A DNA stretch of 62,566 nucleotides, filler included. It is 6 parts of 6 records of this genome, joined end to end, with 100 filler letters (N's around TTAATTAATTAA, not from the genome) between each part and the next. Parts side by side here need not be neighbours in the genome. Positions count along the whole stretch, not along the records: positions 1 to 27,197 come from SRR2962707_565; 5 more parts are not named here. One strand, 5' to 3'. The notes under the pieces were generated by a model that was given only the letters and a program-made list of their open reading frames with translations, was not told the origin of the DNA and made no database searches. Positions 1 through 8,683 of this stretch are shown piece by piece (within the stretch, counting starts at the first letter, position 1; every line of letters starts with the position of its first letter). The translations under genes were made by a program, and so were the position numbers.

Positions 1-1050
1 CACGTCCGAAATCTTGTTGATGAAGATGAAAACCGAACCAATAACCAGCGTGGCGCCCAGCACGGCGTTCATATCGGCGTTTAGCAATGCGGTTGTGAGA
101 TAGTTGCCGATGCCCGGCCAGGAAAAGACGGTCTCGACCATTACCGATCCTTCGAGCAGTGCGGCATAGGAAAGTCCTATCACGGTGATGAGCTGTATGC
201 GGATGGGGAAGAAGGCGTGGCGCCAGATCACGATCCATTCCGGCACGCCCTTGACGCGGGCGGTCGTCACATATTCCTGCCCCAACTGGTCGAGCATGAA
301 GGACCGGGTCATGCGTGCGATGTAGGCAAGGCTGAAAAAGCCAAGCACAGACGCGGGCAGGATCAAATGATCCAGGGCATTCCAAAAGACCGCAACATCT
401 CCTGAGAGCAGGCTGTCGACCAAAAGAAGTCCGGTCACTTGCGGCACAAGACCGTCAAAAAAGATGTCGACGCGGCCCGGCCCGCTAACCCATTGAAGCT
501 GTGCATAAAAGAGCGACAGTCCAACCAACCCCAGCCAAAAGGCTGGCACGGAATACCCCAAAAGGCCCAGAACTCGGATGGTCTGATCTATCCAACTGCC
601 CTGCCGCGCGGCCGCGATGACGCCCATGGGGACGCCGACAATAACGCCAAGGGCAATGCCGATCGTTGCCATTTCCAGCGTTGCGGGAAAAAAGCGCGCC
701 AGGTCCACGACGACCGGCCTACCGGTCGAGACCGAATTGCCGAGGTCGCCACGCAGGACGTCCCAGACATAGTCAAAGAACTGGACGAAAAGGGGACGGT
801 CGAGCCCCATTTCGATCCTGGCGGCCTCATATACAGCGGGCGTCGCCCGGTCTCCGACAACGGCAAGCACCGGATCGATCGGCACCACGCGTCCTATGAA
901 AAATGTGATGGCGAGCAGACCAAGAAAGGTCAAAGCGATCGTGACCGCAAACCAGACCATCGTCGAGACCGCCTTAAAGGCGCGTCGCACCACGCGCTGT
1001 GGCGGCCGTCTGGTTGCAATCGTTTGCTCGGAGGTCGGTTCGAATGACAT
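1..1050 (-). CDS. Peptide ABC transporter permease (DppB/OppB family), 3' end runs off window
   Basis: My translation from ATG at 1050 (AAGGAG RBS upstream): MSFEPTSEQ...FIGRVVPIDPVLAVVGD...FPATLEMA...ARMTRSFMLDQLGQEYVTTARVKG (EAA loop)...ETVFSWPGIG. Not in the ORF track because it lacks a stop. Confidence 0.9.
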   Translation of the reverse strand, partial: MSFEPTSEQTIATRRPPQRVVRRAFKAVSTMVWFAVTIALTFLGLLAITFFIGRVVPIDPVLAVVGDRATPAVYEAARIEMGLDRPLFVQFFDYVWDVLRGDLGNSVSTGRPVVVDLARFFPATLEMATIGIALGVIVGVPMGVIAAARQGSWIDQTIRVLGLLGYSVPAFWLGLVGLSLFYAQLQWVSGPGRVDIFFDGLVPQVTGLLLVDSLLSGDVAVFWNALDHLILPASVLGFFSLAYIARMTRSFMLDQLGQEYVTTARVKGVPEWIVIWRHAFFPIRIQLITVIGLSYAALLEGSVMVETVFSWPGIGNYLTTALLNADMNAVLGATLVIGSVFIFINKISDV

Positions 1051-1153
1051 GGCTCGGCTCTCCTTGGCACGGACGACCCCACGCCGCTTCTGCAGAAAGA
1101 AATTATGCTTGGGTACGCACAATCCGCTTGGACTATACAAAAAAATTTGCTTT

Positions 1154-1172
1154 CATCAAAAAAATTTTGATG
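1154..1172. promoter_or_regulatory. Inverted repeat CATCAAAA-AAA-TTTTGATG, candidate operator of the adjacent XRE regulator
   Basis: Perfect 8-bp inverted repeat in the AT-rich divergent gap between the permease and the regulator. Confidence 0.45.
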
Positions 1173-1182
1173 GAGGCGTTTT

Positions 1183-1863
1183 GTGAGCCAGACAACGGCC
1201 TCGCGGCCGAGGGAAGCGAGCCAACCAAAAGTTGGCGCCCTGATCCGCGCACTGCGCAAGCGCAATCACATGACGCTGCAGCAGCTTGGCGAGGCGGCGA
1301 CGCTTTCGGTGGGGTACCTGAGTCAGATCGAGCGGGACCGGGCGACCCCCACCCTTGGCACTTTGGCCCAGATCGCAAGGGCATTCGAGGTTGGTGTCGA
1401 ATATTTCATCAGCGCACCATCTCCGGCCAGCGCCCACACCCGGCAAGACGAACGCCCCCGCTTTTCGATTGATGGTTCCTCGATTATCTACGAACGTTTG
1501 GGCATCGAATTCCCAGGCAGCGCCCTTTCATCCTTCATCATGACCGTTCCCCCCGGGTTCCAGTCCGAGACCGTGAGCCATGAGGGCGAAGAGATCCTCT
1601 ACGTGCTTGAGGGCGAACTGACCCAATGGCTCGATGGAGCCGAGATCATCATGGCCGCGGGTGACAGCCTTCACTTCCGCGGCAATGTCCCTCACGCATG
1701 GGCCAACAGGACGGAGGTTCCCGTAAAATTGCTGTGGACCGGCACCTTGACGCTTTTCCGCTCCTCGGCCCGTCCGCGCACCATCAAGAACAATCAGACC
1801 GGCGACAGGCCGGCATCGTCGCTCGAACACCAAAAAGCTCACTCAAAGGAGAGACAGTCATGA
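1183..1863 (+). CDS. XRE-family HTH regulator with C-terminal cupin domain
   Basis: VGALIRALRK...TLQQLGEAATLSVGYLSQIERD HTH; SHEGEEILYVLEG...GDSLHFRGNVPHAWAN cupin motifs; GGAGG before GTG. Confidence 0.9.
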   Translation: MSQTTASRPREASQPKVGALIRALRKRNHMTLQQLGEAATLSVGYLSQIERDRATPTLGTLAQIARAFEVGVEYFISAPSPASAHTRQDERPRFSIDGSSIIYERLGIEFPGSALSSFIMTVPPGFQSETVSHEGEEILYVLEGELTQWLDGAEIIMAAGDSLHFRGNVPHAWANRTEVPVKLLWTGTLTLFRSSARPRTIKNNQTGDRPASSLEHQKAHSKERQS

Positions 1864-3449
1864 AGCTTTTCAAAGCTGCACTTTTGGCAACGGCACTCAG
1901 CCTGCCGTTTGCTCCCGCCGCCTTTGCGCAAACCCCTCCAGGCGTGCTCGTGGTCGCCCAGAATATCGACGATATCGTCGCCATCGACCCGGCGCAGGCC
2001 TATGAATTTACCTCCGGGGAACTGGTCACAAACGTCTATGATCGTCTCGTCCAGTATGACGCCGAAGACACCACCGTTCTCTCGCCAGGCCTTGCCAGCG
2101 AGTGGACGGTCGATGACGAAAGCAAGTCCATCACGTTCACTATGCGTGAGGGCGCGACGTTCCATTCTGGCAACCCGGTTCGCGCTGAAGATGTCGTGTT
2201 TTCGTTCAAGCGCGTCATCGATCTCAACCTCACACCTGCCTTTATCCTTACACAGTTGGGGTGGACGCCCGAGAACTTCGACGAGATGGTGACTGCAGAA
2301 GGCAACACCGTCACGGTGCGCTATGAAGGCGACTTTTCCTCCAACTTCGTTCTCAACGTGCTCGCCGCCCGCCCCGCCTCGGTCGTGGATGAAGTGACCG
2401 TGACGGAACACGAAGTCGACGGCGACTACGGAAATGAATGGCTCAACGCCAATTCGGCCGGCTCTGGGCCCTTCTCGCTGCAGGCCTATCGCCCAGCCGA
2501 GATCATTCGGCTAAGCGCAAATCCCGATTACTTCAAAGACGGTCCCAACGTTGACTCCGTGATTATCCAGCACGTTGCCGAAGCTGCCACACAACAGCTT
2601 CTGCTTGAATCCGGCGACGTGGATATGGCCCGTAATCTGACCCCGGACCAGATCGCTTCGATCGAAGGGGGCGAGATCAAGGTGGAAACCTACCCACAGG
2701 CAGCGGTGCATTTTCTCTCGTTTAACCAGAAGGTGGAAAAGCTTCAGCCTGAGGCTCTGTGGGAAGCATCGCGCTATCTTGTGGATTACGAAGGGATGAC
2801 CAATTCCTTCCTCGATGGGCAAATGGATATCCATCAGGCGTTCTGGCCCGAAGGGTTCCCCGGCGCATTGACCGATACCCCCTTCATCTACGATCCGGAA
2901 AGGGCGGAGCAGATCCTCAATGAGGCGGGCATCGAAACCCCCATCGATGTGACGCTCGACGTGATCAATTCCGCCCCGTTCACTGACATTGCCCAGTCGC
3001 TTCAGGCAACCTTTGCCGAGGCGGGAATAAACTTTGATATTATTCCGGGCACGGGCGCTCAGGTCATCACCAAGTATCGTGACCGCACCCATGAAGCCAT
3101 GCTGCTCTATTGGGGGCCCGACTTCATGGATCCGCACTCCAATGCCAAGGCATTTGCCTATAACTCGGACAATTCCGACGACAATTACCAGGCAACGACC
3201 ACCTGGCGGAATGGCTGGGCCGTGCCCGATGTGCTCAACGAGCAGACGATGGCGGCTCTGGCCGAAGTCGATCCCGAGACCCGCAACCAGATGTACGTAG
3301 AGTTGCAGGAAGAGGTTCAGGCCAATTCCCCGATCGTGATCATGTTCCAGGCTTCCTATCAGGTCGCCATGGACGATGACATCGACGGCTATGTGAACGG
3401 TGCCACCTCCGACTTTGTCTATTATCGCCTGGTAACAAAGGGCGAATAG
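1860..3449 (+). CDS. Peptide ABC transporter substrate-binding protein (family 5, DppA-like)
   Basis: Signal peptide MKLFKAALLATALSLPFAPAAFA; IDPAQAYE...VYDRLV...PGLASEW...TFHSGNPVRAEDVVFSF; GSGPF; AAGGAG RBS; ATGA overlap with the regulator stop. Confidence 0.92.
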   Translation: MKLFKAALLATALSLPFAPAAFAQTPPGVLVVAQNIDDIVAIDPAQAYEFTSGELVTNVYDRLVQYDAEDTTVLSPGLASEWTVDDESKSITFTMREGATFHSGNPVRAEDVVFSFKRVIDLNLTPAFILTQLGWTPENFDEMVTAEGNTVTVRYEGDFSSNFVLNVLAARPASVVDEVTVTEHEVDGDYGNEWLNANSAGSGPFSLQAYRPAEIIRLSANPDYFKDGPNVDSVIIQHVAEAATQQLLLESGDVDMARNLTPDQIASIEGGEIKVETYPQAAVHFLSFNQKVEKLQPEALWEASRYLVDYEGMTNSFLDGQMDIHQAFWPEGFPGALTDTPFIYDPERAEQILNEAGIETPIDVTLDVINSAPFTDIAQSLQATFAEAGINFDIIPGTGAQVITKYRDRTHEAMLLYWGPDFMDPHSNAKAFAYNSDNSDDNYQATTTWRNGWAVPDVLNEQTMAALAEVDPETRNQMYVELQEEVQANSPIVIMFQASYQVAMDDDIDGYVNGATSDFVYYRLVTKGE

Positions 3450-3465
3450 AAGCGAAATGTAGTAG

Positions 3466-3495
3466 GCCGCCCCTCTCTCAGGAGGGGCGGCTTTT
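3466..3495 (+). terminator. GC-rich hairpin plus T-tract after the binding protein gene (terminator or mRNA-stabilising stem)
   Basis: GCCGCCCCTC-tctcag-GAGGGGCGGC-TTTT. Confidence 0.65.
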
Positions 3496-3518
3496 CCACA
3501 ACCGATCGGCAGGAGAAT

Positions 3519-4631
3519 ATGATGACCAGCTATAGCGACAGGCTTTTGCGGTTGCGCAAAACGATGGCGGCAACTGGTGCGGACCTCGTCGTACTCGGAC
3601 CATCGAGCCACATGATGTGGCTCTCGGGCGTCTCACCGCACGGTGACGAGCGCCCTGTTCTGCTCCTTGTCAGTCAGCACTATGCCGGCTTTTTGATGCC
3701 GGCGCTCAATGCCGACAGTTCGCGCAAGGCAACCGACCTGCCATTTGAAACCTGGTCTGATGCCGAAGGTCATGCCGCGGCACTCGAGCGCCTGCTCGAA
3801 GCCAGCGGCATTGATCGCGCTAGCCCGCGAGTGGTCCTGGACGAAACCATGCGGGCCGACTTTGCCCTCGCCGTGCTCGACGCGCTGCCTGGCGCCCAGC
3901 GCTGCTTTACAGCCGATACACTGGGGGCGCTCCGGGCGCGCAAGGACGCGGCCGAGTACGCAGCCCTGAAAAAAAGCGCGCTCATCAACGATGCTGCCAT
4001 GCAGGCCGGGTTCGCGGCCCTCTCTCCTGGCGTGACCGAACGGGAGATCGCAACGCTCATCAGCGAACACTTCAAATCAGCCGGTGCTGCTCCCGAGTTC
4101 ACCAACGTGTGTTTCGGCGCAAATAGCGCCTTCCCCCATCATAGCGCTGGCGAGGCGAGACTGGCGAGCGGCGATGCAGTCCTGATCGATATTGGCGGGC
4201 GCATTGGAGGGTATCCCAGCGACATGACACGCGTGGGCTATCTGGACGCGGGACCTGAAGGCTACAGCGATATTCACGCCGTCGTCGATCAGGCGGTCAA
4301 AGCCGCGCTCGCTGCAGCAAGACCGGGTGTGAGGGCCAATGAGATCGACAAGGCAGCACGGAACGTCATAGCCACAGCCGGCTATGGCAAATATTTCTTG
4401 CACAGGACTGGCCACGGACTGGGTCTCGACATCCACGAGCCGCCCTACATCACGGCCACCTCCAGCACGGTGCTCGAAGAAGGCATGGTATTCTCGATCG
4501 AACCCGGCATTTATCTTCCCGGCCGCTTCGGTATCCGCCTCGAAGAGATCGTGATCCTGCGCCAGGACGGGCCTGAGGTGTTCTCCGAACTGCCGAGAAC
4601 GCCGTTGGAGGCTGGAGCGAAGGCCCAATAG
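3519..4631 (+). CDS. Xaa-Pro peptidase / M24B metallopeptidase
   Basis: Creatinase-like N-domain; FPHH, IDIG...SDMTR, HRTGHGLGLDIHE, FSIEPGIY, GIRLEE metal ligands. Confidence 0.92.
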   Translation: MMTSYSDRLLRLRKTMAATGADLVVLGPSSHMMWLSGVSPHGDERPVLLLVSQHYAGFLMPALNADSSRKATDLPFETWSDAEGHAAALERLLEASGIDRASPRVVLDETMRADFALAVLDALPGAQRCFTADTLGALRARKDAAEYAALKKSALINDAAMQAGFAALSPGVTEREIATLISEHFKSAGAAPEFTNVCFGANSAFPHHSAGEARLASGDAVLIDIGGRIGGYPSDMTRVGYLDAGPEGYSDIHAVVDQAVKAALAAARPGVRANEIDKAARNVIATAGYGKYFLHRTGHGLGLDIHEPPYITATSSTVLEEGMVFSIEPGIYLPGRFGIRLEEIVILRQDGPEVFSELPRTPLEAGAKAQ

Positions 4632-4649
4632 CATGAAGGCTGGCACGCC

Positions 4650-4722
4650 CAGCCCAGGATGTGCAAGGCATGGTGAACAGATTGGATAAGCAGGCGCGAT
4701 GGTCTTGGGCGCGGCAAGTCCG
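4650..4722 (+). repeat. Direct repeat copy 1 (copy 2 at 22791-22863)
   Basis: CAGGCGCGATGGTCTTGGGCGCGgCAAGTCCG (4691-4722) matches 22832-22863 at 31/32; gapless weaker similarity extends about 40 nt leftwards. Confidence 0.85.
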
Positions 4723-4854
4723 ACGGCTGGCTTAATTGAAGCCATGCTGTTCCTGAACGCGCCAGGCGTGTTGGTGAGCTGATGTGCGAGATGACGGGCA
4801 ATACAACGGGTAGTCCGTCATTCCGCTTCCCGTTTTAGTTAGAGTCGTCTCAAA

Positions 4855-5032
4855 GTCCTTGATCAGCGCGAACAGGAGCGGCGGGTCGGTCGGCGACTCC
4901 ACAAAATCGAAGCGCTGATAAAACCTGCGGGCTCTGTCGTCTTTGGCATGCACGGTCAATGCTCGAACTTCGGCAATATCGGCGGCCCGCATTGCGCGCA
5001 AAACGGCTTCGCGCAGAAGCCCCGCTCCTGGA
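4855..5032 (-). pseudogene. C-terminal remnant of a GNAT acetyltransferase toxin (TacT/AtaT-like)
   Basis: [58 protein letters not shown]; in-frame TAA just upstream, N-terminal half and antitoxin absent. Confidence 0.75.
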
Positions 5033-5187
5033 CGGTCATGGTGTCGTTAACGATCACCGACCTCAATCCCCTGTGCGAGGTTAGCCTCGCCGATCAAGTC
5101 CCCACCGTCGACCGCAGAGATTTGAGGGTCCCAGACTTGACCGCCCTTCCCTGCAACACCATTCTTGTCGTCTTTTTGGGGCAACAG

Positions 5188-5388
5188 ATGATGAAAATAA
5201 TCGCTACTGCCATTGTGGGCGCTGTGGCGTTAGTACCTGTCGTTACATTAGGCCAGTCGGGCGATCGAGATTGTTCCGACTCCAGCTCCTGGGCGGAGGC
5301 GCAGAGGTTTTATGAACCACCGAGGCCGGGCGACCCGCATCGGCTCGATGCCGACAATGATGGTATTGCATGCGAGAGCCTTCGGTAG
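5188..5388 (+). CDS. Small secreted Excalibur calcium-binding domain protein
   Basis: Signal-like [22 protein letters not shown] then DRDCSD...AEAQRFY...[16 protein letters not shown] (DxDxDGxxCE). Confidence 0.8.
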   Translation: MMKIIATAIVGAVALVPVVTLGQSGDRDCSDSSSWAEAQRFYEPPRPGDPHRLDADNDGIACESLR

Positions 5389-5474
5389 ATCGCGTGGCCG
5401 GACGCACCGTTTCCGCACTTGGGAGTGAGCGGGTCAAGCAATCGAATTTTAGGACTTGAAGGAATTGCGATCCG

Positions 5475-5642
5475 ATGGATATCGCCCACTCGAAACGGCC
5501 GGACACCGATGAGGTGCTAGCCAGCCTCAATGAGCTAATGGAAATCGTGACGGTCGCGATGCCCGCCTATCTTCGGGCTCAGGACCCGCGTGTCATTCGC
5601 GCCCAGGCGCTGATCGCCCGGCTCAAAGGCGAGATCAATTGA
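5475..5642 (+). CDS. Hypothetical 55-aa protein
   Basis: MDIAHSKRPDTDEVLASLNELMEIVTVAMPAYLRAQDPRVIRAQALIARLKGEIN; AAGGA upstream; below the ORF-track cutoff. Confidence 0.5.
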   Translation: MDIAHSKRPDTDEVLASLNELMEIVTVAMPAYLRAQDPRVIRAQALIARLKGEIN

Positions 5643-6106
5643 GCAAGGTGCGGGTTCTGGCGGTGATAAGCTCAATTTGCCTAGTCCTGAGCCTCGCGCC
5701 AGCGTTGGGGCAGCTTTTCAGCTTCTGGTAGCCCCAACTTATCCACATCGGTCCGCGCAAGCGCACATTGTTTCCCATGGGAACTGCGTATGGATCACGG
5801 CTACAACTGATACTGCGGTTTGATCGTTGTAGTTGTCGAATACATCCCCGGCCCGCTCCGGCTACCGGAAGCGGTTGCTTACTTGGCGTTATCCAGGAAA
5901 TCATAGGACCGGTCTGCTGAGTTTTGGGGGCTCGATAGCAGACCGGTCCAGCCCCAGGCGGGGAGGTCCGCCGCAACAGAAGGCCCCACGTTTTCGTGAA
6001 GCAATGTGGCCATGTTTGGGCCGCAACACCCCAAACGCAGGGTCGCCGTCGACTTCCCGTGCTGGCCATGTTTGAATGCCGATCAGTTTGCGTGCGGAGT
6101 TTGAGT

Positions 6107-6232
6107 ATGGTCAGTCCGACCGATGGGCTTCAGAGAGCCCGATACCTATCCAAGGCTATAGCGGGCCTGCTATTTACTGTCTTGGCTACCGGGGCCTGTC
6201 TCTATCTCGCCCTTGACTGGTTGCCGATCTAA
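6107..6232 (+). CDS. Small single-TM hypothetical protein (41 aa)
   Basis: MVSPTDGLQRARYLSKAIAGLLFTVLATGACLYLALDWLPI; GGAG RBS upstream. Confidence 0.4.
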   Translation: MVSPTDGLQRARYLSKAIAGLLFTVLATGACLYLALDWLPI

Positions 6233-6250
6233 GAGCTCCGCTTTGGCAAC

Positions 6251-6499
6251 TCAAATCTCGTCAGGTTCCTGCACAAACGTCAGAATTCCGCGATCCATGT
6301 TTTCAAACGTCGTATAGGGTCGCGACACGTTGAATTCTCCAGTGGACGGATCGAAGATCGAAAAGCGAAAACCCAGCATATACATGGCAATGGCTTCATT
6401 GTAGGTGAGCTTTGGGTCGAGCCCGTTCCGACCATTGAGGTGGATCGTGTATCGACCTTGGACTTGCTCTTGCATAGCCTCCGGCTTGACCTTCATCAC
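6251..6499 (-). CDS. Hypothetical protein (82 aa)
   Basis: ATGA overlap with the upstream Cys-rich gene; protein-like composition. Confidence 0.55.
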   Translation of the reverse strand: MMKVKPEAMQEQVQGRYTIHLNGRNGLDPKLTYNEAIAMYMLGFRFSIFDPSTGEFNVSRPYTTFENMDRGILTFVQEPDEI

Positions 6500-6993
6500 C
6501 CGACTCTCCGCCGAATCGACACGTCAGGCGCCTCATCGTCAGTCAGAGCCCATTGGATGGTGGCGCCGCTTGAACCGCATTGCGGGCAGCGTGCCCAGCG
6601 CTCCAGCCTGGACAGACGACATTCCTTCCCGTGCGTCGCAACGAGGCTGCGCAGGTCCAGCTCGATCGGAAGACAGGCGCCAACGCGCTTGACCGCGTAA
6701 TGGCGTCGAAGGCAACGTAGTATCGGTCTCCATCCGTTGTGTTGGGCGTCAGACAGCCGGGCCCACCAAGTTACATCGGTTTTCAATACGAACGCCCGGC
6801 AATAGCCTTCAACGACCCGGCTGCATCCGGCGTCTTCGGCAACGCGCGTCTTCCACTCTGCGATGGTGATTTCGGCACCATACCGGCGAACGGCAGTGTG
6901 AATTTTCATCTCCCCGTGCCGCTTACAGTCCTCGCATTTGATGACCAGGACCGGCGGCCCAAATTGTGTGATCTTGTCGGTTTCCTTGAACAT
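6496..6993 (-). CDS. Cys-rich putative Zn-ribbon protein with two related halves
   Basis: MFKETDK...CEDCKRHG...YG...C...C and C...C...HG...L.RL...RCPQCGS; resembles small CxxC proteins seen near SRAP genes in rhizobial mobile DNA (recollection). Confidence 0.65.
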   Translation of the reverse strand: MFKETDKITQFGPPVLVIKCEDCKRHGEMKIHTAVRRYGAEITIAEWKTRVAEDAGCSRVVEGYCRAFVLKTDVTWWARLSDAQHNGWRPILRCLRRHYAVKRVGACLPIELDLRSLVATHGKECRLSRLERWARCPQCGSSGATIQWALTDDEAPDVSIRRRVG

Positions 6994-7035
6994 GCCGCAC
7001 CCGATGGACTTGCAAGGGAATGAGTCATAGAATGA

Positions 7036-7049
7036 GAACAAAATAAGAA
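7036..7049. promoter_or_regulatory. LexA-box-like direct repeat GAAC-N6-GAAC (alphaproteobacterial consensus is N7)
   Basis: GAACaaataaGAAC in the divergent gap between the Zn-finger gene and SRAP; spacer one nt short. Confidence 0.35.
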
Positions 7050-7103
7050 CAAGGTTGCGCGCGTTCACATTTTTGGTTGGTATGGGCTAAAGGGAAAAAA
7101 CCG

Positions 7104-7817
7104 ATGTGCAACCTCTATTCTGTGACCACCAACATCCAGGCCATCCGCGATCTCGTCAAAGGCTTCCGGGTCAACGAGGCGGCCATTTTCCCCGACTACC
7201 TCGCTCCCATCGTCCGCAACTTCGAAGGGGAGCGCGAGTTGACGCGGGTGCGCTGGGGCATGCCCACCAGTTCGTTCGTTCAGTTCAACGCGGCCAAGGC
7301 ACGGGCGGAAAAGCTGCAGAAAAAGGAAGGACGGGTTCTCAGCGAGGAGGAATTCAAGACCCTGCTCGAAATGGAGCCGGATCGTGGCATCACCAATGTG
7401 CGCATTGTGGATAGCAAGCACTGGCAACGATGGCTAGCGCCTCAGTTTCGTTGCGTTGTGCCCTTCACCTCGTTTTCTGAGTTCAGCAGGGACGCCGGTG
7501 GCGATATCTGGTTTGCCTTCGATGACAATCGTCCGCTGGCCTTTTTCGCAGGCACCTGGGCACCACAATGGACGAGCGTGCGCAAGGTCAAAGAAGGCAT
7601 GGTCACCACTGATCTGTTCGCATTTCTGACGACGGAGCCGAACGCGGAAGTGGGCGCAATCCATGAAAAGGCCATGCCGGTGATCCTGACCGATCCCGAC
7701 GACATCGAGACGTGGATGACAGCACCCTGGCAGGAAGCCAAGCGGCTGCAGCGCCCGCTCCCCGATGGCGTGCTTCAGATCGTTGCCAAGGGTGTGAAAG
7801 AGGATGGGGTAGTCTAA
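7104..7817 (+). CDS. SOS response-associated peptidase (SRAP; YedK/HMCES family, abasic-site crosslinking)
   Basis: MCNLYS with Cys2; IFPDYLAPIVR...RWGMP...TNVR...RCVVPFTSFSE...AFLTTEPNAEVGAIHEKAMPVIL. Confidence 0.92.
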   Translation: MCNLYSVTTNIQAIRDLVKGFRVNEAAIFPDYLAPIVRNFEGERELTRVRWGMPTSSFVQFNAAKARAEKLQKKEGRVLSEEEFKTLLEMEPDRGITNVRIVDSKHWQRWLAPQFRCVVPFTSFSEFSRDAGGDIWFAFDDNRPLAFFAGTWAPQWTSVRKVKEGMVTTDLFAFLTTEPNAEVGAIHEKAMPVILTDPDDIETWMTAPWQEAKRLQRPLPDGVLQIVAKGVKEDGVV

Positions 7818-7987
7818 TGCGCGTTCCGTCCACCGGCCCCGCAACCAGGCGCGAGAGGCGCTGCTGTCCCACTATCGCAAGCGACTGGCCGTGTTTGAAC
7901 GCGTCCCCGGCCATCGGCGGGAAACCGAATGTGCCGACGAGGGCGAAGCAACCTGCAGGGCGATGATCGCCGAATTGGAGCGACGAG

Positions 7988-8101
7988 ATGACGAAACCAA
8001 CACCACCGACCAAGCTGATCGTCGTCATGGCCTTCGAGGACGATGGCGAAGGCGGTTTGCGCGCCGCCTTTGAACAACGTGAGTTTTCTCTAGGCCGCTA
8101 G
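7988..8101 (+). pseudogene. 3'-truncated conserved rhizobial hypothetical gene
   Basis: MTKPTPPTKLIVVMAFEDDGEGGLRAAFEQREF then runs into the TetR stop region; GGAG RBS present; homologs I recall continue further. Confidence 0.5.
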
Positions 8102-8683
8102 CCAACGGCTTCCCAATAGCGCGACCGAAAGCTGGATGGTGAGCGCGTCCTGCCCTGTTGCCAGGAGCGTCGCTCTATCGCAGCCGGCAACCGCCTGGGT
8201 GTTGAGAGCATCAAGGGTCAACATGACGCGCGCAGCGCAGGCACTGGCGCCAGCGGCAGAAAGATCAAGACGACGACAAGCGGCAGTGATGGTGCCTAAA
8301 AGCGCTGTCCGATACCCTGCCCAGCACTGTGCCGAGGTCCTGAGATGATGGGCGCCGCTTCGGACGAAAAGGCAGCCGGGCATGTCGGGTCGGCAAAGGT
8401 CCTCAACGGCGCTGTCGATCAGACAAGCAAGCGCCTGGCGCGCATCGGGATGGGCAAGGGCAACGTTGGCGGCGCGGAGGCGTGCCTTTGCATGACGGGA
8501 GAGGACTTGCTCATACAGACCAGATTTCGAGCTGAACGCCGCATAAAAGCTTCCTGACCCTATGCCCATGGCAGCCATCAGGTCGGTGACGCCGGCCCCC
8601 GAGTAACCGCGTGCGCGAAAAACCGCCTCGGCCCGGTCCATGGCCTGGTCGAGCTCAAAATGACGTATCCTGCCCCTGCTCAT
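8090..8683 (-). CDS. TetR/AcrR-family regulator
   Basis: MSRGRIRHFELDQAMDRAEAVFRARGYSGAGVTDLMAAMGIGSGSFYAAFSSKSGLY; GCLFV; ATGA overlap with the phosphoesterase stop. Confidence 0.88.
   Translation of the reverse strand: MSRGRIRHFELDQAMDRAEAVFRARGYSGAGVTDLMAAMGIGSGSFYAAFSSKSGLYEQVLSRHAKARLRAANVALAHPDARQALACLIDSAVEDLCRPDMPGCLFVRSGAHHLRTSAQCWAGYRTALLGTITAACRRLDLSAAGASACAARVMLTLDALNTQAVAGCDRATLLATGQDALTIQLSVALLGSRWLAA

Noticed and set aside
5739-5747. Perfect DnaA box TTATCCACA
   Set aside because: A single 9-mer is expected by chance in a window this size; no box cluster or rep gene
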